64,000 nt of DNA from Acidimicrobiia bacterium (lineage in GTDB: Bacteria > Actinomycetota > Acidimicrobiia > Spongiisociales > ZC4RG35), in assembly GCA_041746105.1 (NCBI GenBank), contig JBGTHP010000025.1:154682-218681 (forward strand), written 5' to 3'. The notes beneath the pieces were generated by a model. The model searched no databases, was not told the DNA's origin, and saw nothing but the letters and a program-made list of their open reading frames with translations. Positions 11,226 through 20,722 of the stretch are shown one piece after another (the stretch's first letter is position 1; each line of letters opens with the position of its first letter). A program made the translations under genes and the position numbers.

Positions 11226-13670
11226 GTGTCAGAAATCACGGTCAGCGGTGAAGTCGGCGGCAAACAGCTGTCATTCACCACCGGCAAGTTGGCCCTCCAG
11301 GCCGACGGCGCCGTAGTAGCCAGACTCAATGGCACCGAAATGTTGGTTACCGCAACGGCATCCAAGTCGCTCCGCGAAGGGATCGACTTTTTCCCTCTGA
11401 CGGTCGACTTTGAAGAGCGGATGTACGCCGTCGGAAGGATCCCTGGATCTTTCTTCCGTCGGGAGGGACGTCCCAGCGAACAAGCCATCCTCACCTGTCG
11501 CCTGGTCGACCGACCGCTGCGCCCCTCGTTCAAGGAGGGATACCGTTGCGAAACCCATGTGGTGATGACATCACTCTCGGTTGACCCGGAAAATCCGTTC
11601 GATGTGGTCGCGCTCAATGGCGCATCGGCCGCGTTGATGGTGTCACCGATCCCGTTCGAGGGTCCGATCGCCGGCATCCGCCTCGCGCTCAAGAATGGGG
11701 AGTGGGTTCCTTTCCCGACGCACGAGGATCTCGAGCAGTCTGTTTTCGAGCTCGTGGTTGCAGGTGGCAAGAACGATTCTGGCGGCGTGGACATCATCAT
11801 GGTGGAGGCCGGCTCCACCACTGAAGGATTGCGGCTGATCGCCGATGGCGCTCCCGCCTCGGACGAAGAGTCTGTGGCCACAGGACTCGAAGAGTCAAAG
11901 GCCTACATCTCCCAGATCATCGACCTCCAGCTCGAGCTGGCATCCAAGGTCGAGAAGAAGACAGTCGAATACCCGACTGCGATCGATTACACCGACGAGG
12001 TCTACAACAAGGTTCGCAGCGCGGCCGAGGGCCGTGTCACCGAGGCGATAAAAATCGCCGACAAACAACAGCGCAACGCAGCCCAGGATGCAGCCCAAGA
12101 GGGTGTGCTCTCCGAGCTCGGGTACACCGCAGAAGGCAGTGATCCCGCAGAAGCCGCGATGGCCAAACGAGCTTTCAAGTCCGTTGTGAAGGACATGATG
12201 CGAGCCAGGGTCGTGAACGACGGGATTCGCCTTGACGGCCGAGGCGCCGGTGACCTTCGCGAACTCACCTCTGAAGTCGGGGTTGTTGGTCGGGCCCACG
12301 GTTCTGGCCTCTTCCAGCGTGGCGAGACCCAGGTGCTCAACATCACCACTCTCGGCATGCTCAAGATGGAGCAGATGATCGACTCCCTCGCTCCCGAGGA
12401 GTCGAAGCGCTACATGCACCACTACAACTTCCCGCCCTTCTCGACGGGTGAGGTCGGATTCATGCGCGGCCCCAAGCGGCGCGAAATCGGCCACGGTGCT
12501 CTGGCAGAAAGAGCGGTTCATCCGACGATTCCGACACCGGAGCAGTTTCCCTACGCTCTGCGGCTCGTTTCGGAGGTTCTTTCCTCGAACGGGTCGACCT
12601 CGATGGCGTCGGTGTGTTCGTCGACGCTCTCTTTGATGGACGCAGGGGTGCCGATCATGGCTCCTGTAGCCGGGATCGCAATGGGACTGATCCATCGTGA
12701 TGGCAAGTACGTCACGTTGACCGACATCCTTGGAGCCGAGGATGCGCTCGGCGACATGGACTTCAAAGTGGCCGGAACCGCTGACGTGATCACCGCTCTG
12801 CAGATGGACACCAAGCTCCAGGGGCTTCCTTCCGACATCTTGTCGGGAGCACTGTCTCAGGCCAAGGAGGCACGACTCAAGATCCTCGAGGTCATGAAGT
12901 CGGCGATCGCAGAGCCCCGCAGTGAGCTGAATCCCCATGCGCCCCGGATCGAGGCGATCGAAATCCCCAAGGACAAGATCGGCGAAATCATCGGACCCAA
13001 GGGCAAGGTCATCCGCGAGATGGAGGAGCAGACGGGCGCCACCATCGAGATCGAGGAAGAGGGACAGATCGGGATCGTCCGCATCGCCTCCAACGACAAG
13101 GATGTGCTGGCCGCGGCCAAGGCAAGGGTCATGATGATCGCCTTCCCGCCAGAGGCCGAAGTCGGAAAGACGTACGACGGAACCGTCGTCAACATCACGA
13201 AGTTCGGCGCGTTCGTGAACATCCTTCCCGGACGGGATGGGTTGCTTCACATTTCCAAGATGGATCCGAACCGTCGAGTCGAAGCCGCCGAAGACTACGT
13301 GACGCTCGGAGACGTGATCAAGGTCTCGCTCGATTCCGTCGACCCCAAGACGGGCAAACTCTCGCTGGTTCTCGACCAGGAATTGCCGTACAACGGACCG
13401 CCAGAAGGTGAGCGTCGTCCATCGTCGAATGATGATCGCCGTGACGATCGCAGAGGCGGGGGCCGCGACGACCGCGGTGGGCGCGATCGTGATCGTGGTG
13501 GTGACCGCGGCGGCGACCGAGGTGGACGTGGTGGTGATCGTGGCGGCGACCGAGGTGGACGTGACCGCGATAGCGGCAATCGTCAACCACAGTCATCCGG
13601 CAATGACGCCGGCAACCGCAGGGTTGCGCCGTCCTTTGACGAGTCGTTTGACAGCAGCCCCCGCGGCTAA
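11226..13670 (+). CDS. pnp: polynucleotide phosphorylase, with Arg/Gly/Asp-rich C-terminal tail
   Basis: Two RNase PH domains, KH and S1 domains recognisable. GTG start. The last approximately 90 aa are an RD/RG low-complexity repeat. Confidence 0.95.
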   Translation: MSEITVSGEVGGKQLSFTTGKLALQADGAVVARLNGTEMLVTATASKSLREGIDFFPLTVDFEERMYAVGRIPGSFFRREGRPSEQAILTCRLVDRPLRPSFKEGYRCETHVVMTSLSVDPENPFDVVALNGASAALMVSPIPFEGPIAGIRLALKNGEWVPFPTHEDLEQSVFELVVAGGKNDSGGVDIIMVEAGSTTEGLRLIADGAPASDEESVATGLEESKAYISQIIDLQLELASKVEKKTVEYPTAIDYTDEVYNKVRSAAEGRVTEAIKIADKQQRNAAQDAAQEGVLSELGYTAEGSDPAEAAMAKRAFKSVVKDMMRARVVNDGIRLDGRGAGDLRELTSEVGVVGRAHGSGLFQRGETQVLNITTLGMLKMEQMIDSLAPEESKRYMHHYNFPPFSTGEVGFMRGPKRREIGHGALAERAVHPTIPTPEQFPYALRLVSEVLSSNGSTSMASVCSSTLSLMDAGVPIMAPVAGIAMGLIHRDGKYVTLTDILGAEDALGDMDFKVAGTADVITALQMDTKLQGLPSDILSGALSQAKEARLKILEVMKSAIAEPRSELNPHAPRIEAIEIPKDKIGEIIGPKGKVIREMEEQTGATIEIEEEGQIGIVRIASNDKDVLAAAKARVMMIAFPPEAEVGKTYDGTVVNITKFGAFVNILPGRDGLLHISKMDPNRRVEAAEDYVTLGDVIKVSLDSVDPKTGKLSLVLDQELPYNGPPEGERRPSSNDDRRDDRRGGGRDDRGGRDRDRGGDRGGDRGGRGGDRGGDRGGRDRDSGNRQPQSSGNDAGNRRVAPSFDESFDSSPRG

Positions 13671-13822
13671 ACCACAGAACACTGTGCAATGAAGGAGGCC
13701 CTGAATCAGGGCCTCCTTTCTTGTGGGTGCTTGGTTTGCTCCCCGCAGGGTCGGCCACCACGGGCACTTCGTGTCGAATACGCTGGAGGTGGAGGTCAGG
13801 GTCGAGTGGATTGGAGAAGAAC

Positions 13823-14248
13823 GTGAGACGTCTGGCATTGGCGGGACTGTTGTCCGCCCTCTTGTTGTTGCCGGCCGGCGCCGTGGCTGCAGAAGAGTGT
13901 GCGCAGTTGACCGGAGTGGGTCGACTGGATTTCGGAAGAACCGGTTTTGGGGTTCTCCGTCTCAACCTGGATGGCGAAAGGCTCAACGTCGTGTTTGTCG
14001 GCACCGGCTTCGTAGACACCGGCGAGAATACGGCCGACATCTTTTTCGATGTTTTCTTTCCCGAGGGGATCGTGAGCATGGTCGAACATTCAACCAACAC
14101 TCCGCTCACCCCTCCATTGGTTGGCTTCGATTCGACGATCGATGTCCTCGCCGGGGGGAGCGGACAGTGGACATGGTCGGGGACCGCCAACCTCCAGAAG
14201 GGGCGCGCCAACATCCAGCAGTTGTCGGGAACGTTGTGTACCGGCTGA
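13823..14248 (+). CDS. small secreted hypothetical protein (signal peptide)
   Basis: GTG start after GGAGAAG. N-terminal hydrophobic signal-like segment RRLALAGLLSALLLLPAGAVAAEE. No homology recognised. Confidence 0.4.
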   Translation: MRRLALAGLLSALLLLPAGAVAAEECAQLTGVGRLDFGRTGFGVLRLNLDGERLNVVFVGTGFVDTGENTADIFFDVFFPEGIVSMVEHSTNTPLTPPLVGFDSTIDVLAGGSGQWTWSGTANLQKGRANIQQLSGTLCTG

Positions 14249-14376
14249 CCTTCTGATCCACGACAAACAATTCCCGGATGGGGTGGGCCCCACGTGGACG
14301 GGATCAAGGAAGCTCGCGTTGGAGTGTGGTTCGAGGCGTCTCGCCGCAACCGGGCTGTTCTCCTAGCATCGATTCG

Positions 14377-15081
14377 ATGCGGGTCCTCATTCTTCAGCCG
14401 GACGAATACGAGTCGGCAGGTTCCATCGGCGAGGCCTTGGTTGCCGGTGGTGCGTCCCTCGACCACTTCGTCATCCAATCCGATTTCACCTCTCCTCCCG
14501 GCGACGTCGATTTCCCCGACCTGTCTGAGCACGATGTGATCGTTGTGATGGGGAGCCCCTGGTCGGTCTACGACGAGCGGATCGAAGGATGGGTGCAACC
14601 ATTGCTGGCTCATTTGCGGAAGGCGGTCGAAACCGACGTTCCGGTGCTCGGTATCTGTTTTGGGGCCCAGGCGCTGTCAGCAGCGTTTGGCGGAAAAGTT
14701 GAACGCGCCGGCGAGACCGAATTCGGCTGGTACGAACTCGAATCGGAGTCGTCGCTCTTGCGGGGGCCGTGGTTTGAGTTTCATCACGATGTGTTCTCGG
14801 TGCCAACCGGCGCAGAAGAGCTCGCCAGAACATCGGCCGGACCCCAGGTGTTTCGCCTTGGAAGGTCGCTTGCGGTCCAATTTCATCCTGAGCTGGGGCC
14901 GGAGCTTCTGGAGAAGTGGTACCAGTCAGGTGATGAGGGGCGTCTCCAGCGCTCCGGCCTTGACACCGTTTCGGTGATGGAGCAGACAAAGGCGTTCGAA
15001 TCCGAGTCCGCCGATCGCGCCGCCCGTTTGGTCGGCTGGTTCCTCGGAGATTTCGTGGGGGAACCGACCCGATCGGACTGA
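14377..15081 (+). CDS. class-I glutamine amidotransferase-like protein (GATase1 / peptidase C26; possible gamma-glutamyl-amide hydrolase)
   Basis: VLGICFGAQ nucleophile-elbow motif and C-terminal HPE. Internal ATG at 14377 (MRVLILQPDE) is preferred over the ORF start at 14278. Confidence 0.75.
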   Translation: MRVLILQPDEYESAGSIGEALVAGGASLDHFVIQSDFTSPPGDVDFPDLSEHDVIVVMGSPWSVYDERIEGWVQPLLAHLRKAVETDVPVLGICFGAQALSAAFGGKVERAGETEFGWYELESESSLLRGPWFEFHHDVFSVPTGAEELARTSAGPQVFRLGRSLAVQFHPELGPELLEKWYQSGDEGRLQRSGLDTVSVMEQTKAFESESADRAARLVGWFLGDFVGEPTRSD

Positions 15082-15108
15082 TGCCTTCGCCGGGTCAGGT
15101 GTCCCGGG

Positions 15109-16023
15109 TCAGCCCCGGGGCGGTCTGATCCCCCGGAATTCCCAATCGCCGCCAAGTGCGGTCGACAAGACCTCCTCCGATTCAGATGGCTGGGCACCGA
15201 AGGTGTCCGGAATCGGATCCGAGCCCTGGACAACGGTGTTCGTCAACATCCCCAGTCCCTCCACCGCAACCGAAACCTCGTCACCCGGATTTACCGGGCG
15301 CGAGCCGGCCGGAGTGCCCGACAGAATGACGTCGCCTGGCATGAGGGTCATGGTGCGGGCCAGATCGGCCACGAGGTAATACATATCCCATTCCATCTCG
15401 GCAGTCGAGGCATCCTGGACTACCTCTCCGTTGACGGTGGTTCGAATCTTCTTGTTGTGGAAGTCCCAACCTTCGATCAACCCCGGACCAAGCGGGCAGA
15501 AGGTATCCGACCCCTTGACCCTGAGCATCGAGCCGGCGTCGGTGTCACGGAAATCGTGGAGGCCGTAGTCGTTGGCGATGGTGTAGCCGAGGATGTGAGT
15601 CTCAGCCTCGGCCGGAGTGACGCTACGAGTGGTGGATCCGATCACAATTGCGATTTCGCCTTCGTAGTTGAGGTATTTGCAGCCGGCGGGACGTACAACA
15701 TCGCCTCTGTGTCCGTTGAGGGCCGAGGTCGGCTTCTGGAAGTAGGTCGGTGCCGAAGGGAGCTTGGCTCCGAATTCCTCAACCCGGCTGCGGTAGTTGA
15801 GATGGATGGCGATGACCTTGGTCGGTTCGACCGGGGGCAGGTGGATGGCTTTCGCCACGTCTATGACTAGGCCTTCGGCAGTCTCGAAACGCTCGCCGCC
15901 TCCGACGAGCGTCACCGGGGAGCCGTTTAGCAGCACCCTCCGCGTTTCTTTCACCGGTCGACCGCCCTGATCATTCGGGCCCGAACGATAGCTGGTAGCG
16001 TCCACGTATGGCCGTGAGCTCAT
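15109..16023 (-). CDS. fumarylacetoacetate-hydrolase (FAH) family hydratase/decarboxylase
   Basis: Typical FAH-fold sequence (GEIAIVIG...ILGYTIANDY...DVILSGTPAG). Confidence 0.85.
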   Translation of the reverse strand: MSSRPYVDATSYRSGPNDQGGRPVKETRRVLLNGSPVTLVGGGERFETAEGLVIDVAKAIHLPPVEPTKVIAIHLNYRSRVEEFGAKLPSAPTYFQKPTSALNGHRGDVVRPAGCKYLNYEGEIAIVIGSTTRSVTPAEAETHILGYTIANDYGLHDFRDTDAGSMLRVKGSDTFCPLGPGLIEGWDFHNKKIRTTVNGEVVQDASTAEMEWDMYYLVADLARTMTLMPGDVILSGTPAGSRPVNPGDEVSVAVEGLGMLTNTVVQGSDPIPDTFGAQPSESEEVLSTALGGDWEFRGIRPPRG

Positions 16024-17267
16024 TGTTGGGCGATCGTGGTCCTGACTCGGCTGACATCACCGATCACGAGACCTATGTCCGCGGTGTTCCTTATGCCACC
16101 TTCGCCAAACTTGCGGGTAGCGGACCGGTGCTCCGGATTCATGAGTTCGATGGGGGTTGGCACTGGGGTGTCGTCGGCCACGCCGAGATTTCCGAGGTCG
16201 GGAGGGCCTGGGATCGGTTCACCACGACTCGCGGGATTCGCCTGGAGGAAATGGATGAAGAGGCCCTCCATCATCGACGCACGCTGATGGAACACGACCC
16301 ACCCAGCCACACCCGGCTGCGACGAATCCTGCAGGGTGGATTCACCCCCAGAGTTGTCGCGGGATTTGAAGCCGCCTTTCGTGCGCTCACAGGGTTTGTC
16401 CTCGATCCACTGATCATCGAAGGGCGCTTTGATTTCGCAGACAGAGTGGCAAGGGCCCTGCCTGTGCGGCTTCTGTGTCGACTTCTCGGCGTACCCGACG
16501 CAGACGCCGATTTGCTCGTTGGTTGGACCGACCGCCTTGTGTCGAATACCGATCCCGATTTCGTGGTGGGGCAGGACGCCGAAGGAGATTGGCGGCTGCT
16601 TCCGTTTCGGAGCCGGGCGGCGCTGGAGGTATTCCGATATGCGGAGGCTTGTGCGATGGCGCGCCGTGCCGATCCAGGCGACGACGTGGTATCACGGTTG
16701 CTTGGTGCCACCGTCGACGGTCACCCGCTCACCGATCTCGAGTTCAAGAACTTCTTCACGCTCCTCATGGTGGCCGGAAACGAGACGACTCGCCACGCCA
16801 TCAATCACGCCGTGAGTCTGTTGATCGACCACCCGGAACTCTTGGAAGAGGTCCCCCCTTCGTTCGGTTCTGAGGCAGTGGAGGAACTGCTCCGTGCCGC
16901 CTCCGTGACCATGCACTTCCGTCGGACCGCCACGGTTGACACCGAACTCGGGGGGCGAGCGATTCAGGCGGGGGACAAGGTGGTGATGTGGTACGTGGCG
17001 GCCAACGTTGCGCCAGAAGTCTTCGACGATCCCCATGTTTTGAGGATGGACCGTTCACCCAACCCACACTATGCGTTCGGGGTAGGACCCCACCATTGCC
17101 TGGGGGCATCGTTTGCTCGATTGGAATTGAGGGTCGTGATCGAGGAGTTGATTCGACGCGTTTCTGGTATCCGACTCGGAGGTGAGGTCGTTCGCCTTCG
17201 ATCGAATTTCCACAACGGGATCAAACACCTGCCGGTGGTCGTGATGGCACGGGGAGACGGTCAATAA
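16008..17267 (+). CDS. cytochrome P450
   Basis: Heme-binding loop FGVGPHHCLGASFARLE. ETTRH I-helix region. Approximately 419 aa. Confidence 0.85.
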   Translation: MAVSSLLGDRGPDSADITDHETYVRGVPYATFAKLAGSGPVLRIHEFDGGWHWGVVGHAEISEVGRAWDRFTTTRGIRLEEMDEEALHHRRTLMEHDPPSHTRLRRILQGGFTPRVVAGFEAAFRALTGFVLDPLIIEGRFDFADRVARALPVRLLCRLLGVPDADADLLVGWTDRLVSNTDPDFVVGQDAEGDWRLLPFRSRAALEVFRYAEACAMARRADPGDDVVSRLLGATVDGHPLTDLEFKNFFTLLMVAGNETTRHAINHAVSLLIDHPELLEEVPPSFGSEAVEELLRAASVTMHFRRTATVDTELGGRAIQAGDKVVMWYVAANVAPEVFDDPHVLRMDRSPNPHYAFGVGPHHCLGASFARLELRVVIEELIRRVSGIRLGGEVVRLRSNFHNGIKHLPVVVMARGDGQ

Positions 17268-17268
17268 C

Positions 17269-18063
17269 ATGTCCGGAATGGACGGTTTCCTTTTTCCTCG
17301 AACCGCTCGCGGTGAGAGTTCGCTGCTGCCTCCTCCACCGTGGCATTACTCGGGCGAAATGCTCACCGTCGAATACCGGACGGACCCTGTAAATATTCGA
17401 GCGCTGCTCCCCGATGGAGTTGAGCCCCTCGACGATGACCCTGGAGCGGTGGCGCTGATCTGGGCCGACTGGCAGAGTTGTTCCGACCGCTTCGACGAGA
17501 TTCTTGATCCAGTTCGCAGCCAGTACAAGGAGGCGTTCTTCGTTATCCGCTGTCGATATCAGGATCGGCCGTATTCCCGATGTCCATTGATCTGGGTGGA
17601 CAAGGACTTCGCCCTGGTCCGTGGATATCACCAGGGATATCCGAAGAAGCTCGGAGAAATCTGGATGACCCGACCGGTTTCGATCGGGCGCGCCGGACCC
17701 CGGCTGGAACCAGGCGGTCGCTTTGGCGCCACGCTGTCTTCAAATGGCCGCCGGCTGGCCGAGGCGCGTTTTTCGCTGGTTGAGCCCACCGATCGCCCTG
17801 GTTTCGTCAATGCCCATCCCATGCTCCACAACCGCTGGTTTCCGGCGATCGAATCGGACGGTTCCGACAGCGTCGACGAACTGGTGACGATGAGTGGGTA
17901 TGACGGCGCGATCGCCGACGTGTGGCGAGCGGATGCCGAGTTGGCCTTGGGAGCCAGCCCCACCGACGAGTTGGAGCTGCTCACTCCCATTGAGATCATT
18001 GGCGGGTTTTATCACAGAGTTGGTGTCTCGTGGCGTGCGGGCACCACGCTCGAACGCCGATGA
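17269..18063 (+). CDS. acetoacetate decarboxylase-like (ADC superfamily) protein
   Basis: N-terminal PPPWHYSGEML motif characteristic of the ADC-like family (MppR-like). Confidence 0.65.
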   Translation: MSGMDGFLFPRTARGESSLLPPPPWHYSGEMLTVEYRTDPVNIRALLPDGVEPLDDDPGAVALIWADWQSCSDRFDEILDPVRSQYKEAFFVIRCRYQDRPYSRCPLIWVDKDFALVRGYHQGYPKKLGEIWMTRPVSIGRAGPRLEPGGRFGATLSSNGRRLAEARFSLVEPTDRPGFVNAHPMLHNRWFPAIESDGSDSVDELVTMSGYDGAIADVWRADAELALGASPTDELELLTPIEIIGGFYHRVGVSWRAGTTLERR

Positions 18064-18542
18064 GCCAGGATCGCGATGATGACATTCGAAGGGTTGTGGG
18101 CGGCGGCCACGACTTCGAGTCGATGGCTGCGGTCCTCAATGTGTACCGGGCGGCGACCTCGATCCGAAATCAGATCGAGCGAAAACTCCTGAACCGCCAT
18201 GGGCTCAGTTGGGGAGGGTTCACCGCGCTGTTCGTGCTGTGGATCTGGGGGCCGATGGAGTCTCACCGCCTGGCCGACGAATGCGGCCTCGCCAAGGGAA
18301 CGCTCTCGGGCGTGTTGACCACCTTGGAACGACGAGACCTGATTCGACGAAACCGGCTCAGCTCCGATCGCCGGCGAGTCGAGGTCGTGGCCACCGGCGC
18401 CGGGCTCGAGTTGGTCAAGGCCGTCTACCCGGAATTCAACCGGCTCGAAACCGACGTGACATCGTCGTTGACGGGAGAAGAAAAACGTCTCCTTGCCGAC
18501 ATGTTGGGACGGCTCCGTCGAACCGCAGAAGGAATTGGTTGA
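18060..18542 (+). CDS. MarR-family transcriptional regulator
   Basis: Winged-helix region (GPMESHRLADECGLAKGTLSGVLTTLERRDLIRR...DRR). ATGA overlap with the upstream stop. Confidence 0.8.
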   Translation: MSQDRDDDIRRVVGGGHDFESMAAVLNVYRAATSIRNQIERKLLNRHGLSWGGFTALFVLWIWGPMESHRLADECGLAKGTLSGVLTTLERRDLIRRNRLSSDRRRVEVVATGAGLELVKAVYPEFNRLETDVTSSLTGEEKRLLADMLGRLRRTAEGIG

Positions 18543-18600
18543 CGGGACGATCGGTCACAACATATCGTTTGGGGCCGAATGATCGAGAGAGAGGACGGCT

Positions 18601-19476
18601 ATGGGTGAGATCGTCGGCGTCGGATTGGTCAGCCACGTGCCTACCACCATGCTGCCAGAGGCGACTCGCCTCGAGCTGAACGATGGCAAAGAACTGAGCT
18701 TCATTCCAGGCTATGCCAGGCTTCGTCGAGAGGTGCTCGATCCGCTCGAGGCCGACACGATCGTCATTTTCGACTCACACTGGTTCACAACTGTCGAGCA
18801 TGTCGTCTCTTCCCACGAACGACGAGCGGGGGTGTTTACCAGTTCGGAGCTCCCAAGGGGTATGGCCCAACTCACCTATGACTATCCGGGAGACCCAGAA
18901 CTCGGTCGGGCGGCGGCGCGGATCGGCGCCGAGCTTGGAACACCAACACATGCATCAGAAGATCCCTACCTGCCGGTCTACTACGCCACGACCAACCTCG
19001 TTCACTTTCTCCGCCGCGACGAACGAGTTGTTTCGGTGAGTGTGGTCCAAACCGGGGAGACCGAAGATTTTCTCACCATGGGCGCCGCAATCGGAGCGGC
19101 AGTGGCGGAGGTCGACCGGCGGGTAGTGCTCTTTGCCTCCGGAGGCATGAGTCACCGGTTCTGGCGGCTCAAGGAATTGGTCAAGCATGAAGCTTCTGAT
19201 CCGGTTCACATCACCTCGCCAGATGCCCGTGCCGCGGATCTCGAACGGATCGAATGGATGAAACAAGGACGCCACGACTTGATCATCGACGGAATGGACA
19301 ACTATCTCCGGCACCATCCTGAAGGTGACTTCGGGCACTACTTGATGATGGTTGGGGCGGTCGGCGGGAAAGCCTGTGTCGCCCCGGGACGTATGTATTC
19401 GGAGTATGAGAGCTCGGCGGGCACCGGGCAGGTCCACATGTGGTTCGACCGCCCGGATCGGGGTTGGAGCGGCTGA
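18601..19476 (+). CDS. class III extradiol ring-cleavage dioxygenase (LigB family)
   Basis: LigB-family features (VIFDSHWF...GGMSHRF). Approximately 290 aa. Confidence 0.8.
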   Translation: MGEIVGVGLVSHVPTTMLPEATRLELNDGKELSFIPGYARLRREVLDPLEADTIVIFDSHWFTTVEHVVSSHERRAGVFTSSELPRGMAQLTYDYPGDPELGRAAARIGAELGTPTHASEDPYLPVYYATTNLVHFLRRDERVVSVSVVQTGETEDFLTMGAAIGAAVAEVDRRVVLFASGGMSHRFWRLKELVKHEASDPVHITSPDARAADLERIEWMKQGRHDLIIDGMDNYLRHHPEGDFGHYLMMVGAVGGKACVAPGRMYSEYESSAGTGQVHMWFDRPDRGWSG

Positions 19477-19487
19477 GGACGCGCCGG

Positions 19488-20636
19488 TCAGCGCGAGCGG
19501 CCGGTGGGAGAGTCAGACATCGTCAGGGATTGTCGATTTTCGAGTGTGAATCTGTCCTCCGGCTTCCAGCGTCCCATCGCCATTCCGGCAACATATTCGC
19601 CAACCACCGGCGCATGCTTGAAGATCGAGCCCGAACCTCCCCCGGCAAAGATCACGTCCGGTTGCTCTGGATGAAAGTCCAGCAAGAAGTGGGTATCCGG
19701 GGTCATCACGATCTGGCACACCCTCTGGTCCATGATCGGTTGTTGCGCCAACTCCGGGAAGCGATATGAAAGGTACTGCCGGCTCCGGGTGAGGGCACCC
19801 TGGTCCACCACCCGGTCGTCGTTGTCGAGGTCGATGTCCGTTTCGTGCCACGCGATTACGGCCTTGAACCCGCATCCTTCGACATCCGGAATCCCGTAAC
19901 CGGGGTAGCCGTGATCGATCCAAACCGGATGGTTGTCGGCGTGATATCTGGTGCTACCCGGCGGGGGCGCGGTGTAGATCACGTCCTGGCGCACAACCCG
20001 CAGCACTCGTCCCAGGGTTTGTCGATACATCTGGCCCATCCATGCCCCAGTCGCCACCACCGTCCGATCCGCCTTCAGCGGCTCCCCGTCCAGTTGGAGT
20101 CTTTCTTTGGCGCCGGTGCTCGGTCGTCCCAGTCGGAACCGCCCTCCGAGTGTCTGATACTCCTCGAACGCCCTGACCAGCGCTCGTCGTGCCCAGATGA
20201 ATCCTGCCTCGGGTTCGAATATGGCGAACTCGACCCGCTGGAAGTTCATGTGCGGATAACGCTGTTCCAACTCGTCTCTGGCAAGGCGAAAAGCTGGTAT
20301 CCCGAGGCGTTCCAGCGTCGGCAGGGCTGCTGCTTCCCAGGCGGAATGGCCGGTGGCCGCCATCACCAGACCACCGGTCTGGCGGAAGAGTTCGGTGTTC
20401 CAGTCGCGACCCAATTCCAGCCAGCGTTGCCGCGACTCATACTGCCAGCGGGTATACAGCTCGTCTGCGCCGTGAGCAGACCGGGTCACCCGGTGATGAT
20501 CAGAGGAGGCCGCCCTGGCATGTCCCGGCTCCCAGCCGTCGTACAAAACAACGTCACACCCCTGTTTTCGCAGCTCCAATGCAGTCATCACGCCTACGAT
20601 GCCAGCACCGATTACGGCGTATCGAGTGGCGGTCAT
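19488..20636 (-). CDS. FAD-dependent oxidoreductase (DAO family; sarcosine-oxidase-beta / PuuB-like amine oxidase)
   Basis: N-terminal YAVIGAGIVGVMTALEL Rossmann (GxGxxG). Start taken at the internal M (MTATRY...). Confidence 0.8.
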   Translation of the reverse strand: MTATRYAVIGAGIVGVMTALELRKQGCDVVLYDGWEPGHARAASSDHHRVTRSAHGADELYTRWQYESRQRWLELGRDWNTELFRQTGGLVMAATGHSAWEAAALPTLERLGIPAFRLARDELEQRYPHMNFQRVEFAIFEPEAGFIWARRALVRAFEEYQTLGGRFRLGRPSTGAKERLQLDGEPLKADRTVVATGAWMGQMYRQTLGRVLRVVRQDVIYTAPPPGSTRYHADNHPVWIDHGYPGYGIPDVEGCGFKAVIAWHETDIDLDNDDRVVDQGALTRSRQYLSYRFPELAQQPIMDQRVCQIVMTPDTHFLLDFHPEQPDVIFAGGGSGSIFKHAPVVGEYVAGMAMGRWKPEDRFTLENRQSLTMSDSPTGRSR

Positions 20637-20669
20637 GGCTCTCCCGGGGTCGCTTTCACGTCGCTTGAA

Positions 20670-20683
20670 TACTGTATACAGAA
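20670..20683. promoter_or_regulatory. palindromic operator-like motif tACTGTATACAGaa (site 1 of 4) in the divergent promoter region between the FAD-oxidase gene and the GS-like/BMC operon
   Basis: Perfect 10-bp palindrome CTGTATACAG at 20672-20681. Related motifs at 34236, 36346 and 36858. Confidence 0.55.
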
Positions 20684-20722
20684 TAGCTAGGGTCGCGCCA
20701 GCACAACCGAGGAGGATCATTG

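Noticed and set aside
13400-13600. Tandem DNA repeats that might have been a CRISPR array or VNTR.
   Set aside because: They lie in-frame inside pnp and encode the RD/RG tail. There are no spacers and no direct-repeat/spacer periodicity.
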